This document shows positions 36,601-50,230 of a stretch of DNA of 64,000 nucleotides, piece after piece. Both the position numbers and the translations under genes were made by a program. Numbering within the stretch: position 1 is the stretch's first letter; each line of letters opens with the position of its first letter. The DNA comes from Takakia lepidozioides (Eukaryota > Plantae > Bryophyta): positions 65,472,001 through 65,536,000 of the forward strand of contig CM060731.1 of the NCBI GenBank assembly GCA_030704615.1, given 5' to 3'. Under the pieces are notes generated by a model, which worked only from the letters and a program-made list of their open reading frames with translations, did not search any database and had not been told where the DNA came from.

Positions 36601-38891
36601 GTCAGAATTGCAAATAAGATACTCATCACATACTTGAAGAAAAGAAAACGGTTGAATACACACCTGACTCCAAAATGTAGCCTTGTGGAGCCAGTTATCA
36701 AACACCAAATCACTGATTCCTTCCACCTTTGTGCCAGGCTGTATGGTGCTCTTTGGGAACCGATTCAAGTCCTTTACTGTTTGATCTGAGTTCCATATCT
36801 CTAGCCACCTTATTTTTGTTTGTGGGTCGACCATCGATATGGCCAGCCGGTGCAATTGGATCTGTCTATCCAGTTGGACTCTAAGTTGCTTTCCGAAGGC
36901 GGACATCAATTTGGTTCTTCGCATTTCAAACTCCTTCTTTATTGCAGCTTCCACACCCTTTGATGTCATTAGTTCCTCTGGTGTAGTGCGGTAATATTCG
37001 GATTTTCCCTTCTCAGCTGCCTCTGCCAGTTCTTGCTGCATTGATTCAAGTAGTGATTAGCACCAAAGGGACTACAAACATGTATTCGAAAAGTAAACTG
37101 AGTACAGACTCGGGCTTACCGCATACATGTACTCCAGAAACGCCTCTCGTGTCAAAGAATACCAAGTGCCTGCAGCTCTTCCCGTTTCGCACTTCTTGAT
37201 TATATTGGGTGGAAGTACTGTCCGAAAATCATCCAGCTTCATCAGACCAATCCTCTGAATTCGGAATAGTGTGTGGACCAAGCTTGTTGTCACATGCGAT
37301 TTCTTTGTCGATCTGCAAAAACATTGGAAACATTGCATTCCTTAACACTGTTTTTTGGGGATTAATAAGACACTACAGAGGGAATGAAATCTCCTGGATG
37401 ACTTACTTGTTCACGTCGTGCATAGCTGTAAGAAGCCTAGCGATGTCGTTTCCAGGATCCAAAACCATTGCCTCCACAGCAACATGCTTGTCTTTGTCTT
37501 TCGCATGGTGTTTCTGAATGTATCCCATCCATGCCAGCAATCGGTGGTTGCCGTCCCAGACGTAGAACATGTGGTTGAAGAATTGCTGGGTCTTCTTTCC
37601 CATCATGAGGCCCAGCTCGAACTCCTCATTGGCATCTTTCCAGCACTCATCCCAGTTATCACTGATCTCTGGAGACACTAATGTGCTTTTCCCATTTATA
37701 TCCGTCAGTGACACATAAAAAACTTGTGCACCAAGTCTATATCCATGCACAAAATCACTCTCCAATTTTGTTATGTCATGGGAAAGAGGTGGACACAACA
37801 GGCATAGATATCATCCGGCACAGAGGGATGTCCAGACGCCCTCCAGATACGAGCATGTCCCTTATAACCTCCTGAGAGTTTACCTTCTGGAATGACATGA
37901 GTTCTTTCACCTTGTCAAGGTAGTGCACTTCAGATTCATCTGCTTCATCTGTATTCTCTGAGCTTTTTCCGGACTCGTCCCCATCTCCAGATCCTTTCCT
38001 CTCTGATCCTGTAGGCTTGGACCTCACAGTTTTCTGCACGATGCCATTCAATTCTGACTGAGTAATTTGCAAATAGTGAACGGCGGTAACGACCATCACT
38101 CTGTCTCCAAGAAACTCACTATGAATGGTGTGAAACAATTCAGCACAATCTACACAAGCAAAGCTGATCCTACCGTATTCAAAACAAAAGCGAGAGCGAT
38201 AGCGAACGGCGTTAACGACAATCACAAAAGATAAGGACCTGCCGGATCGGTGTTGTGTAATGACATCTATGTGTAAGTGATTGGCGGCAACGACATTCAG
38301 TATAGTTTAGGGCGGACAGTAAGTGCAGATTATTCAGATTGACTCCATTGTGATTACCGTCGCCAGCATGGGAAGAGGAAGGACTGCTTGAAAGGCAATC
38401 AGACAGACTGTATGATCTGAACAACGATGATTGATGGTACCGTCAGTCACCCACTCATTGTGCGGTAAACCCTTAGCAGAGGAGTAAAAGCAAATCACCG
38501 TTGTGATGGTCGGTAGCGACAATCCCTGTCTGGGACATTCCACTCAATCTCTACGCAGATCTTCAACAATGAAATGTAAGTTAGAGAAAACTTACTGGCG
38601 CCTTCTTAGGTTTTGAAATTGGATCCCCTTCTGCAGCTTTCCTCTTCCCTCTCACATCTGCTGGAATTTCTGTCTGCTCTAGGGTTTCTGGACCTTCTCC
38701 CGGTTCGGCGTTCCTCGTGCTTCCACCTCCTTCAGTGTCCCTGCGAGTCATCTCTGCATCCACAGGCTGGCGCACTCTTATCGCCGACTGTGTCACAGCG
38801 CTGCCTCAGTCTCCGTCTGCTCTTGTGAATCAGTCTCCGCGTTCACCTACTGCCTTGGCCCTGTGTTCTCCAACAAACGACGCCTCGTCAT
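36601..38891 (-). pseudogene. 5' (ParB/Srx-like) half of the MULE cargo gene, copy 2
   Basis: FYVWDGNHRLLAW in ORF 37403-37798; reverse complement of 7436-9773. Confidence 0.8.
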
Positions 38892-39744
38892 TTGCTCTCT
38901 TGCTCTGCGTCTCTCTCTAAGGGAAGTAAAATAAAGAGACTTTCTTCTCTTTCGTATTGTAGAAGGAACCCTCTCCAGCTTGACTACCACTCTCTCTCTA
39001 AGCGCGAAAAGTAGAAAAACGCAGTGACTCCCGATTTCTTGCGGGATTGCCTGCGTTGTTGCTTGTCTCTAGAAGCATCGATTCCCTCTCGCGTGACCGT
39101 TACACATAGTCGTTCCCTTATTAGTGCACATGCCAGCAATTGGTGTACAGCTGTTCGTATTCAGTTATGGATGTCTGACGTGTGTCGCCCAAAAAAACGG
39201 CGTGTTCTTTATTAGAACGGTTTCAATATTTAAAAATAACAGCGAATCCCAGAAATCTTGGCGCACAGTCTTACACAAATAAATGTAAATGAACGAGAGT
39301 TTGATGACAAATTTTGGAATATCATACACGGTCATCCTTGTTAGCCAAACCCCACATTCGTTTCACATTTGGAACTTTCCAGGTGCGCATGATCATTGGT
39401 AGTAGTATAAAGATACATTTACTTAATCAGCAATCCCATCCTCAGATCCTGTGGCATGCTTCCAAGAAGTCGGCTTTGTTATTGGGTTTATTGATGAGGT
39501 TCTGATTAACGGTTTAACAGCTGTCGACACTGCTCCTAGGGATACTCTGATCACTGGGCCCCAAGAAAAATAATTAAAATGGATGGCTGCATATCTGGAA
39601 AGAATAACATAATATGCACAGTCGTTGTCTGAGCTTCCTCCGCCATATTCTCTGCTCATTCTTCAACTGTGTTCTGGAGACATCAGTAAACCGATTTACA
39701 CTAGATCTGCGATAGCAAGGTATAAACGTACGCGAGGAAGGAAG

Positions 39745-42700
39745 ATGGCTTCCTCTGAAGCGGAGTTCTTCTCTGACAACAAACCAGTGCCGTTCTCCCA
39801 GGAAGTCCTTGACAATGGATTTGCAATTGTTCTGGAACATCTCTTGGCTACCCGTTTTCAGCTGCAGAATGGCTCCATCTTTTTGGAGAAAGAGGTGTAC
39901 GATCTTAAAGGGAAGTTGTTGAAATATTCTTTCCAAAACCGTGATGAGACGGCTCAAAATATCAGCCAATGGAGAGTGCGTCCTGGTCGATACAGAGTAC
40001 TTGAGAGCCTCGGCAAAAGTCCCTTGGGTCATATGTGACGCCCGGGACTGCTGCTTCGGTCGTTGAAGACAAGAGGGAGGTGGTGGTGAAAAAGAACAGA
40101 CGTCCTCCACTCCAATCGTTGAGCTTGATTCTTCCGATGATGAATAAGTGAAATTCCAAATCCAGTCCTTCCTACTGTGGTTGGAGAAGCTGATGAAGAA
40201 GAGATTTGTAGTGTTATTCCAAAATTGCGGGCGATGGGAGGAATGGCTGGATTCAAAAGTGAGTTGCGGGGAATTGATTGGGAATTTGAAGCAGGTGCCT
40301 GTGAAGTTCTTGCTGGAGACTTTTGATGGCGATATCCTATTCGAGCTGCCTCCTCCTCCGCGAGTTGGAGTGTGTAACAATCATGATGCATGGAATGGAC
40401 AAGAAACACGACGGGCACCCGTGGTGCAGAACAAAAACATCCAATATTCAGAATGATGACAAGCTTGTTTTCAGGAGGACAGTTTGCAATGGACACCTTA
40501 GGTGTGATAATTTGAATTGCAGACATTTTCTTCAGTCTGGGATTCATAATCAAAGCGAATGGGAGGGTCTGGCGGAAAATCCATTTCAGCCTGGGACTGC
40601 CCCTCCACCAGCAAACACTTTCAAGTGCAAATTCTGCAAACTTGTGCCATCCTGCTTGGCGCTCTGCGGAGCAAGAATGTACTATGTTGTCCACCGTTTG
40701 AAAACAATGACAAGAGCTTGTGTGCATTTCGGATTCCATAACCATCCTGTCTCGAAGGGGGATTACAGGGAGAGTGTTGAGACCGTATCGAGGTTGATTA
40801 GACAGGAGTTCGGGAGAAACCCATCCGCAACAACATCTGCAATTGCTCTTGGCGCAAGCAAGTCCTTCTTGGAAAGCCATATTTTGAGTGAAGGGGATTC
40901 TGCGGGGACTAAACTTGACGGTGCAGCATTGGACCTGGTCATGGATCATTTCTCCACTTTAAGTTCACCTAACATTCGGCATCAGATCAATGCATTGAGA
41001 ATGGGCTCTGGGATCAGAGGCTACATAGACAACATTTTGGAATTGAAACGAGTGAGCAAGTACGATTACATCCAGGACAATGTATTCCCAGGTCAAGGTG
41101 CCATCAAAGTTTTTTGATCATGTGAAACGAATGAAGGATTGGACAACAATGGCTTGTCATGTCTACGATCCAGTGTACCAACGAGTTATGACAATTGCAG
41201 TTTGTGACATGCAATCCGAGGATACGGAATCCCAGAAGCTCATGTGGAATTCCCTGATACGTGTCATGGGCTGCCATCTCCAAATTTCGCAGGTTTCATG
41301 GCGGATAGTGCTCAAGCAAATTTCAATGCTGTTCGTATTGTCTTCGGATCGGGCGACCCAAAAGTGCCTATGCCAGGAAGAGAGCGTACATGTCTATTCC
41401 ATTGGACACAATCTCTGGAAAAACATACAAAGTCGGACATCAAACTAGAGATGCAGACTCAGCACCGTAAATTGTGCAAAGAGTACAAAGATGCTAGAAC
41501 AATGAAGGAGGCGGACACTTTGTTCCAGACAATTCGTGCCTGGTGGTTCTCTTCTGGAGCTGCATCACTTGAGAGTATGAGAGCATTGGAAGATTGGCTG
41601 GCGTTTTGGCACTTCCGGTATAGACAGTGGGGAGCAGCCATGCCATTGGTACGAGGCTTATATTTATTGCTTTATTCATACATTGCTTTCCATTTTATTG
41701 TGTCCTCGCTTTCTTTATGTTGTTTTCTGTTCACTGTTTTGAAGTGTGGTTCTGCACTTTGCAGAACATGTCCATTGAGGAAATGGCGGACATGCCATCT
41801 TGCAATTTGGCAGAAACTGTGCACAACGCATGGTTGCAGCAGTCTGGGAAACAAGGTCGGGGATTTGTATGTGGCAACAACAGACGATTTGATACGTGCC
41901 TTGCAACAACAAACCCGATACCGTGATTTCTTACGAGGTGGGGTTGGTGGCAAGGGTCCGGACAAATGGGAGTTGATGTTGCGTGCTGCAAACAGATCTG
42001 GGGATCCAATCAAGATAGCACGGGCGGTGAGCATGTATACCCAGGGAACGCCACTTGTTTCTAGAGTTCCACATCTTGAAGGGGAGGAGAGATTCGGCTC
42101 CTGTAAGAGGAAATTGAACACTCCACCTGGTTCGGATTCAGATTCCCACAGGGCAGACCGTGATAACTTCTCGAAGCCTCGTGTTTCCCTGCATGACAGC
42201 TCCATGTCCGGAACCTCCATTGTGGAGGAACCTCCAACACGACGGCAAGCTCCAGCATCAAACAGTGCCACTGAAATGGTGCAGGAGAGAAACAACCCCC
42301 TTGATGTGCTTGAGTCCGCATGCCCCGACCACGTTTGGCACATAGAACGCACAAGTGTAGGGTCTCGTGTGAAATGTACAGCGATCAGGGCAACTAATTT
42401 CGAGAAGTGCACTTCATCTATATCCAGAGGTGGTGCCCGAACTCCTGCTCCGACTTTCACGGGCTTGATGCGTCCATACGGTCAACCAGAAGCCAAGAAC
42501 CACAAGTTCTGGTTCTGCGCAGATGATTGTGCCAGATGTGTGCATGGAACTGTGCGTCCTTCCGTAGTGATGAAGCCATATCCTCCAACCGTTTGGCCCG
42601 TGAAGGTGGAACACATCTCAGCTTTCAGGAGATTGAAATGCTGGAGGAGGCAGGTTTTTCCCTTGCGAGACAACCCCAACTCCATGCATGTGCTACTACT

Positions 42701-43225
42701 TCTGCATCCTCCGGGTCCCCCCGACAAATCCTGACTTGTGCCAACCAAACGAGATGGAAAGCTCGTTCGGCGTTTCCTCCAACCGCTGAACACTTTGGCA
42801 AAGTGGAGTCCGCAAGAATGCTCCAAGCTCGTGTTGGAAGCACCACGGAAGTATCACATCCAGGATATGGTCGGGTATTCACAATCATCACTTCCACATC
42901 TGCTGTTCATGACAGGACCTACGACATCACGGTTTCCAATTTCCCCAATTGCACATGTCCTGATTTTGTGAATATGCTATCAACCAGTTTGGGCAAGAGA
43001 GGTAAATTCATACCCTGCAAACATTTGTATTTCATATTTTTGAAGATGATGGTTTGCGATCCCAAACGTGACAACTTCATTCACCAGGCCACTATGAGTT
43101 TCAACGAGGTCGATACTCTATTACAGCGGGATACAACACATGGTAGCATCAACTATGCAATGTGGTATGTGGACGACCATGATTTGAAATGTGTAATTCA
43201 CATCAATTCGTCGGCGGTGCAATGA
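39745..43225 (+). pseudogene. MULE transposase copy 2 with an about 100-bp deletion before the first catalytic Asp
   Basis: ORFs 40323-41117, 41244-42734, 42527-43225. At about 41115, IKVF joins FDHVKR and FKMSTVG..QNCFLM is missing. Confidence 0.85.
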
Positions 43226-43733
43226 TATGGCCTCCAACTATACGGAGTGAGCTCTGAGTGACAACTTTTAGGTAGTGCACATTTGTCGTGCACTACAATC
43301 ATCTTTTGAAGATGATCCTAACTCTCATTGTTATTTGAGGAGGGAGGAAGGTCTTCCCGTGGCAGCCTTTATGGCGCACACTTTGTGAGGATATTTTTTC
43401 GTCCTCGTAATTGTAAAAGTGAAACAAGCATTTGTAATTGCACAATGTTGGATGCTGCAATTGTAGGCCTCAACGCTCGTCTTGATTCTATTTAGGCAAG
43501 ATTCCCTGCATTAATTCCACGGTCATAGGACCATCCTCGGTTATAGGCGGCGCATGTTAATGCTGACGTGGCAGATGACGGACAGTGCCACGTCATCATT
43601 TACCGCCACATCAGCATGCTGACATGACGCTCACGCCACGTCAGCGTGTGTGCAGGCTCACGCCACGTCAGCTGGCGTGAGCGTACGCTCTCACGCGCAA
43701 CGCTCACGCCATTGCGTCGTTGATTTCAGCCCA

Positions 43734-46214
43734 ATGTCTTGCACGCGCCACCTCTTGCCTCTGCATGGCATTGGCTTTCAGCGCTAGATGTTCTGGGCGC
43801 ATTTCAGCTAGGACTGCCAAGGCCCCGTCTTTATACAAGAATTCCGGTGGCACTGCGTCATGAGGTCCAACTGGCACTCCGTCTGCCCTTAGACATTCTG
43901 GCTCGTGATCCTGATGATATACCAGCATGGTATCTTTTCTTGTTATTTTTTAGTGGTGTTTGGTTTTGCCCCCTCGTGGCGGTCAGTCAGGGCACAGAGA
44001 GACGCGCATTCGTCTTCGCCATTTTTTATCTGGAGATTGGGAGAGTCTGCAAGATGAGCATCAATTACGGGCACTAGCCCTTGCGGCACGCGCCCCTCCC
44101 GCTTCCTCCACGCAGCCACCCTCATCGGCCCACATGTGACTTCGTCATAGTCTCATGTTAGGCCGCGTTGGCGAGTATTCACGCGCGGCCAAGGCTTTAG
44201 CACCTTCCTCACCAGCGCCTCCATCACCGGATACTGTCACTGCCCTCGAAGCCCTTCACCCATCAGCTCAGGATATTTTGTCGCTCTTTGTCGGGACTTC
44301 TTGTATGAGCACTTACGCGACTGTTTCTCTCCACCGACTCTGCTAGTGGCTTCTCTCAGCTATTTCAGAGTTGATCCTTTATTGCTGCTGGCCGTATCCC
44401 TGCCCCAGTGGCCCGTTTCCTTGGGGCCTCCAGATTGTTGGCTATGAGCAAACCCTCAGGTACTGGCATCCGCCCTATCGTAGTTGGAGAGGTTCTTTAC
44501 CGCCTTGTCAGCTGCTCATTTGTCTTCAGTTTCGAGATGCCTTCTCCGGACACCTCTTTCCACACCAGTTCAGGGTCGCCACTCCAGGAGGTTGCGAGGC
44601 GGTGGTTCAGGGGATTTGTGCAGCTCTTGATCTTCATCCGGATTGGGTGGTTCTCCAGGTCGACATCACCAACGCTTTCAACACTGTGTCACGAGCGGCT
44701 ATCTTTCAGGAGCTCCGTTCAGTCGGAGGAGATTTCCACCAGCTCATTCCGTTTGTTCGATTACTCTATGCATCCACCACTCCCCTATACTACAGTCATC
44801 ATTCTCGCCTAGGTGAGTGTTCAGTCTGAGGTTGGGACCCGCCAAGGCGACCCTTTACGAGGACCTTTGTTTGCCATGGCTCATGTCCGCGCCCTCACGG
44901 CTTCTGCACAAGTATACTCATCTTGTCTTTTTCCGTCGATGGCAGACGACACGCACATTGTAGGCCCTGCCTCACAGGTACTTTCAGCTTACCATCATTT
45001 TGTCACCCAACTCTCTGCCGTGGGCTTTTCAGTGCAACCTCGCAAATGTGCGGTGTGGTCTCCGTCCGGTTTCCCTGCAGATTTTGTCCTCCATGCTCAC
45101 TTCATTGTTCCGCCCAATGACATCAGAATCCTGGGAGTCCCTTTTGGCACCCAATTCACAACGTCCTTCTTGGAAGATGCACTCCGATGCACTCCACCAG
45201 GATGCCACCCACACCGATCTCCTTCCTAGGCTCGGAGATGTACATGTAGCATATGGAATCTTGACCAAATGTTTCCTTCAGCGTCACTCATATCTCTTGC
45301 GCACTGTTCCACCCAGCCCAGATTTCCTACACCTCTTATCTGGGTTTAATACTACCATGATAACTATCTTCGGGAGATTGTTAGGACCAGGAGCTCTGGA
45401 GGGTGCTCAGGGACTTTTGCCACGACAGCAAGCCACCCTGCCGTCTCTTCGGTGGTGTGGGTCTTTTGTCCACTGTCACTACCGCCCCGTCAGCTTTCAT
45501 CGACAGTTGGGCGTTGGTGGCGCCAGCCCTCGCTTCATGATTTCTCTGTGACCATCGTCCCATCCTTATGGACGCCGTTACACATGTCGACAGTGACATT
45601 TTACCCTTCCAGCAGCATCTCCGCTCTGCACGAGATCTTCTTCCGGCACTGGCGCGAGCATGTCTACCACCATTTGAGCAGTTGGCTGCTCAAGGCCTCG
45701 ACCATCTTCACGAGTCCATTTCCGAGCGTACACCGTCATTTCTTTTCCGGCATGCTCTCAAGTGCTTCTTCTGAGTTGCATCGAGCCCGACTTCTATCAT
45801 GCGCAGGACCCGGAGCAGGGGCATGGTTGGCAGCACGACCCACTATCGCACCTTTTCATCTCATCCCCTATTTTCACTACTGCGCTCCGCCTTCGACTCG
45901 GTTTGTCTCATCCTTCGGCTTGGGCCTTCAACGCTGCGTCTGTCTTCAGCCATCGATGACCTTGCCATCCATCTCCTCCGCTGTCCATGAGCGCACTGCG
46001 TCTTATGATATGGTTCGCGATGCGGTGACATCTATTGCTCGGGAGGCATGTACTGCGTGAGCAACCATATCTATGACCCACGCTCACGAATTTTTTTCGA
46101 CGATTTCCTTGTGTGCAGCTTCCACTGACCATTTCATCCATATCTGCAAAGCGCGGACATATCTCCTTGCTTGATCTCCTCCAGGCTGTTGGCTGGGAGG
46201 GTCGCTCTGCTTGA
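43734..46214 (+). mobile_element. CRE non-LTR element, inverted copy (RT to 3' end)
   Basis: ORFs 44371-44829, 44813-45229 and 45452-46060 carry the same RT and zinc-knuckle motifs. Confidence 0.85.
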
Positions 46215-49200
46215 GTAGCTTACTATAGCTTCTGGACCTGATCCCCTTGAGCGTCCTGGAACTAGTTAGTGTTGGGTCACGTACAAACCTAAAGTGGTCT
46301 CCAACAAACATAAACATTGTCCATTCCCCATCACAAGTAAAGATCAAGAGCGTAGAGGGCGCACCGGCAACAAGGCGATATCCAAGTTCGTAACGCTGTT
46401 GATGACGTCCTGTTCGCGCCACCAATGTTGTCATGCTGAAAACTCCAGAGAGGTCTCTTCCTCCAATCTATATCTATACTTTCAACAGAAAGGTCCTCCT
46501 TAAAATCGCAACATGACTCTTGAGGGTGTTACCTTCGACCCTTTTATCGAGTCGCCATCTCAAGGGACTCCATATATTTTTAACAAAAGGAAAAGGCAGT
46601 CATGCTAGTGAATCTACATACGCATAAGGACTCTTCCACAAATAGGAAACTTTATGCCACAGCGAAAAAGCACATTCCTTTCTCAACTCCGTCTAATTCA
46701 TTCCAGGTCCACCACTCAGCTCTAGCTGCACGAGATCATAGTACTCAAGGGACTCCCGTCTAATAGGGGATTCTGACGTGAAAAAAAATTCCTCTCAAAC
46801 TTATTTCCTGGATCTTGGCATTCAGACCTCCGACGGTACATGCTTACGATGCTCCATGCATGGCTGCAGCCCCGCTTGGCGCTTACCACGTCCACTTCGC
46901 TCATCGATGTCACGGCTACCCCCTGCAAGAAAGAAACTGGAAGAGTGGCTCTCCTGAACCATCGGAGGGCCACTCCTAACCCTATTCCGAATGAGAGCAG
47001 CGGCCAATCCTGTAGCTTAACGGTCGCCTTTGCCTCGTCCAATTGCATTCTATTGCATGCATTTTTTACGTGACCACTCTCTGTCACATGCAGACAGACC
47101 TTTTGTTGGAAATCCTCATCATCTAGTCAGCAGAAGCTGTGCGATGGGCATCAGACATGAATGACGCGGTGCAACCATCCCTGGATCATGACTTGTGGGC
47201 GATCTTGCAGAGCTCACAATGTGATGAGATCAGTTGTGGGTTGTGCGTTTTGTTTACGCGGCCATACCAGATGCTGCAGAGCAAGGCTTTGGGGAAGAAC
47301 GAGCAACTCAGGTCTTACTTCCTGCTGCATAGGACGTGGATCGTCCCCCACTCTTCCCACCGCAATGCGACTTGTTGCCTCCTCCTCTTCCCCCGCTGTC
47401 CCGACAGAGGGCTGCCTTTGCGTGGATTTTACTTGATGTCGACTACATTCCAGGGAGGGAGATGAAGCCTGGCCGAGCTGCAATTGGAGGAGGCACAGTC
47501 AGCAGCAGGGTGGTATTGTTGGGTGTGAGCATGTCGGAGCTCTCCCATTTGCATCAGCTGCTGATTTGCTGTTTTTGGAGTTTTCTTTAGCTTCATGGTG
47601 AATGGCGTCTGCGAGGTAAGGAACACTTTTGACATAGTGACATGAATGAAACTGCAATGCTCCTCTTAACTTGCCGAGCCTTAGGACATCTGAGACAGCG
47701 GAGGGAGATGATACCTATATGTGAGGATATTCCTTAACTATGTATGTTTGTGATTCTTGACTCTGGTAGATGCCCAAGTGTATATCCAATACAGTGAATG
47801 TCGATTGCTCACGTGTAACATCTGGATCGAAGTGCATTGTCGAATTTGTAAAGCCTGAGATTGCTCAATTTCCGCAGAATATTTTTAAGATTCTGAAGTT
47901 CTCTTTCTTTAACTCATGTCAAGACTGTCCTCCTCTAGATGAGTTTCATTGAAGCTACTTGAGGAGTTTAAGTTAGGATTTGTCTAGGTACTTAGGAAGG
48001 ACCCGACAGCCTAAACTGACCACCCTCACCGCACGCTTTACGGGTGATGGAATGTACAAAAGCGGTAGCGACGATCTTGCAGAAAAACTTTCTTGCAAGG
48101 TTTGTAGCTTCGAAGGGCAGTGTGGGTGAGGGAGTGATTCCAAGCTTCGCAAGTAGAAAAATTCATAACACATATTTTGGTGTTATAATCATTCAAAAGC
48201 GTTCTGTGCTGCGTTGTTCTTCTGTTCACTGCAGTTTGCATCGTTGTCGTCTGAGTTTGAGCTCGGCCTTTGATTTCGCAGTCAGCTCCCGGGAAAGGAA
48301 ACGAACATATAAATTTACGTCAGCATCTTGAAGTGCTCCTGCAATGGGAAAGGTCTCCCATGATCCCCATCCACCAACGTACTCCTGCTGAAATCAATCT
48401 GGTTAATCAAGCATAGACAACTTAGAATGAAAGCGTCAGCTTCACCATCCCAAATTGACAATGGCAGGAAGCGTGCAGTGAGAGAAGAGGATGGCAATTG
48501 CAATTTCGTGACCTGATCTTTTCAATGTTGAATGTGCGTTGTGGGATACATGTGGGTTCTCACAAAGAAACAGCATTGAAAGAATGCTTCAAGCGCATTG
48601 GGATTCGGTGCATGACGACATAGACTGTCTTTCAATAGAGGGTAAGGATGGACCAAGAGAAACTGTGACTTCAGACTGCAGAACAGGTTAGGCCATATAT
48701 CAAGATTACAGAACTCGGGCACCGCTGGCAGGCGCTGAGACAGCTGCAATGTATTAGGAGAGTCGCTCCCTGAAGCTTTTGAACCAAAGAAAAAGTTATA
48801 ACAAAAGGCACAATTCCAGCACTTGTAAGCCACAAAGACTGCCTACTGTAAGACATTTGAGGACTTCCTTGAAACAGCCCTAGTAGTGGAGGATGTTGTG
48901 GTTGTAAGGACCAGAAAGTTTCTATTGTTGGCCACTTGGAGAGGAGATGATGGCTAAAGATTTGTTGTTCTGCGGAGAATTCAAGCATAGTATTGTGCAC
49001 CAAACTGAATGCAATTTGGAGGCACTACTAGAAAGCTTAGATGATGGAGGACACCCATAGATTTGTGTACAGGCATGTCACGATTACTGAGATGTGTGTT
49101 TTCCACATGTAGGTAGCAAGAGTTTATACTTTGGCAGGGATGATATCTGAGTTGCTTTATGTTAAATCGTTATGCAATTATTTTCTCTGAGCATTTGGAT

Positions 49201-50230
49201 TGGGAGCCATAGCAACCAAGATCCACTCATGTTTGCAGCTTGGGTCATGTCTAGCACATAAAAAGACGGTATAGAACCAAACCAGTCAAAGCCATTTTCA
49301 ATTTCAGAGATCAAAGAGAGCAAGGACCAAGCCCATTGGTACCCGCTGATCTCAAATATGTAAATCAGACTACAATGTGGTGCTGGTGCTCCCAACACTC
49401 AAACAATAAGAAACTATCATGGGCAGTGGCCACTCACAATGGAAGTTGCTTGAAATCTTCTTCTGCTGACCCAAAATCGTGGTCAGTTTCAATGGCCTGT
49501 AACCAAGTATGTCCGAATCCCCTTTCCAACATTAGGTTGGCTAGTTGTAGAGTGCTCCATGAAGCACACCCATAGGGATGCTAATGTGTTGGGAGGATTC
49601 CAACCTGGACAATTAGCAATTTCAACTGCTGAAGAGACACCAACCAATAATCATCCCTTCATCAATTCCCCGGACTCTGCCAGCAACCGCATCAACTTGT
49701 CACCACTAAATCACTCTAATGTCAGACCTCGCATCCTCATCCCTTCCGAAGCGGCCAATGTTCGCAGGACATGTGGTACCCTTCGTAACAATGGATGCCT
49801 ACAATCACCATGCTGCTTTCATGGGGGCCAACCCACCGGACTCCAAAGTGATCGGGGGTAATTTCAAGACAGGTTTGTTGAGACTCCTGTGCAATCAGGA
49901 AGTTGGATGGTTCTCAGTCAGCTAGCGGCAACAGATCTCTTTGATAAATTGTAGTTGTCATGCACATCTGGTTGAACCCACTATAGTAAAGTGGGTGTCA
50001 CTCTTCAACTACCCAAAGTGTGGGTTGGCAGACAGTCACCCTTCATAAATAAATGTCAACATAAAATTTCCAATGACGGAGAACGCACCTGGACCTTCAG
50101 GACCTCTCTTTGGTCTGATAGGACCGTACGTCTGACTGTACAAATGGATGGTAGTACATAACCAGCAAGATAATGGCCCGAACAACCATGATGCAGCCAT
50201 GATGCAGAACACCTAAGCACGTTGCATGTG

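Larger units (their letters stand above)
33345..43722. mobile_element. MULE copy 2 (inverted), MTase region replaced by a 2.2-kb foreign insert
   Basis: TSD ATTTCAGCCCA at 33334-33344 and 43723-43733; lacks the equivalent of about 9775-12780. Confidence 0.88.

Noticed and set aside
2507-43722. Alternative transposition by MULE ends as the cause of the inverted duplication
   Set aside because: Breakpoints do not coincide with MULE termini, and all copies share the same TSD, so they arose by segmental duplication.
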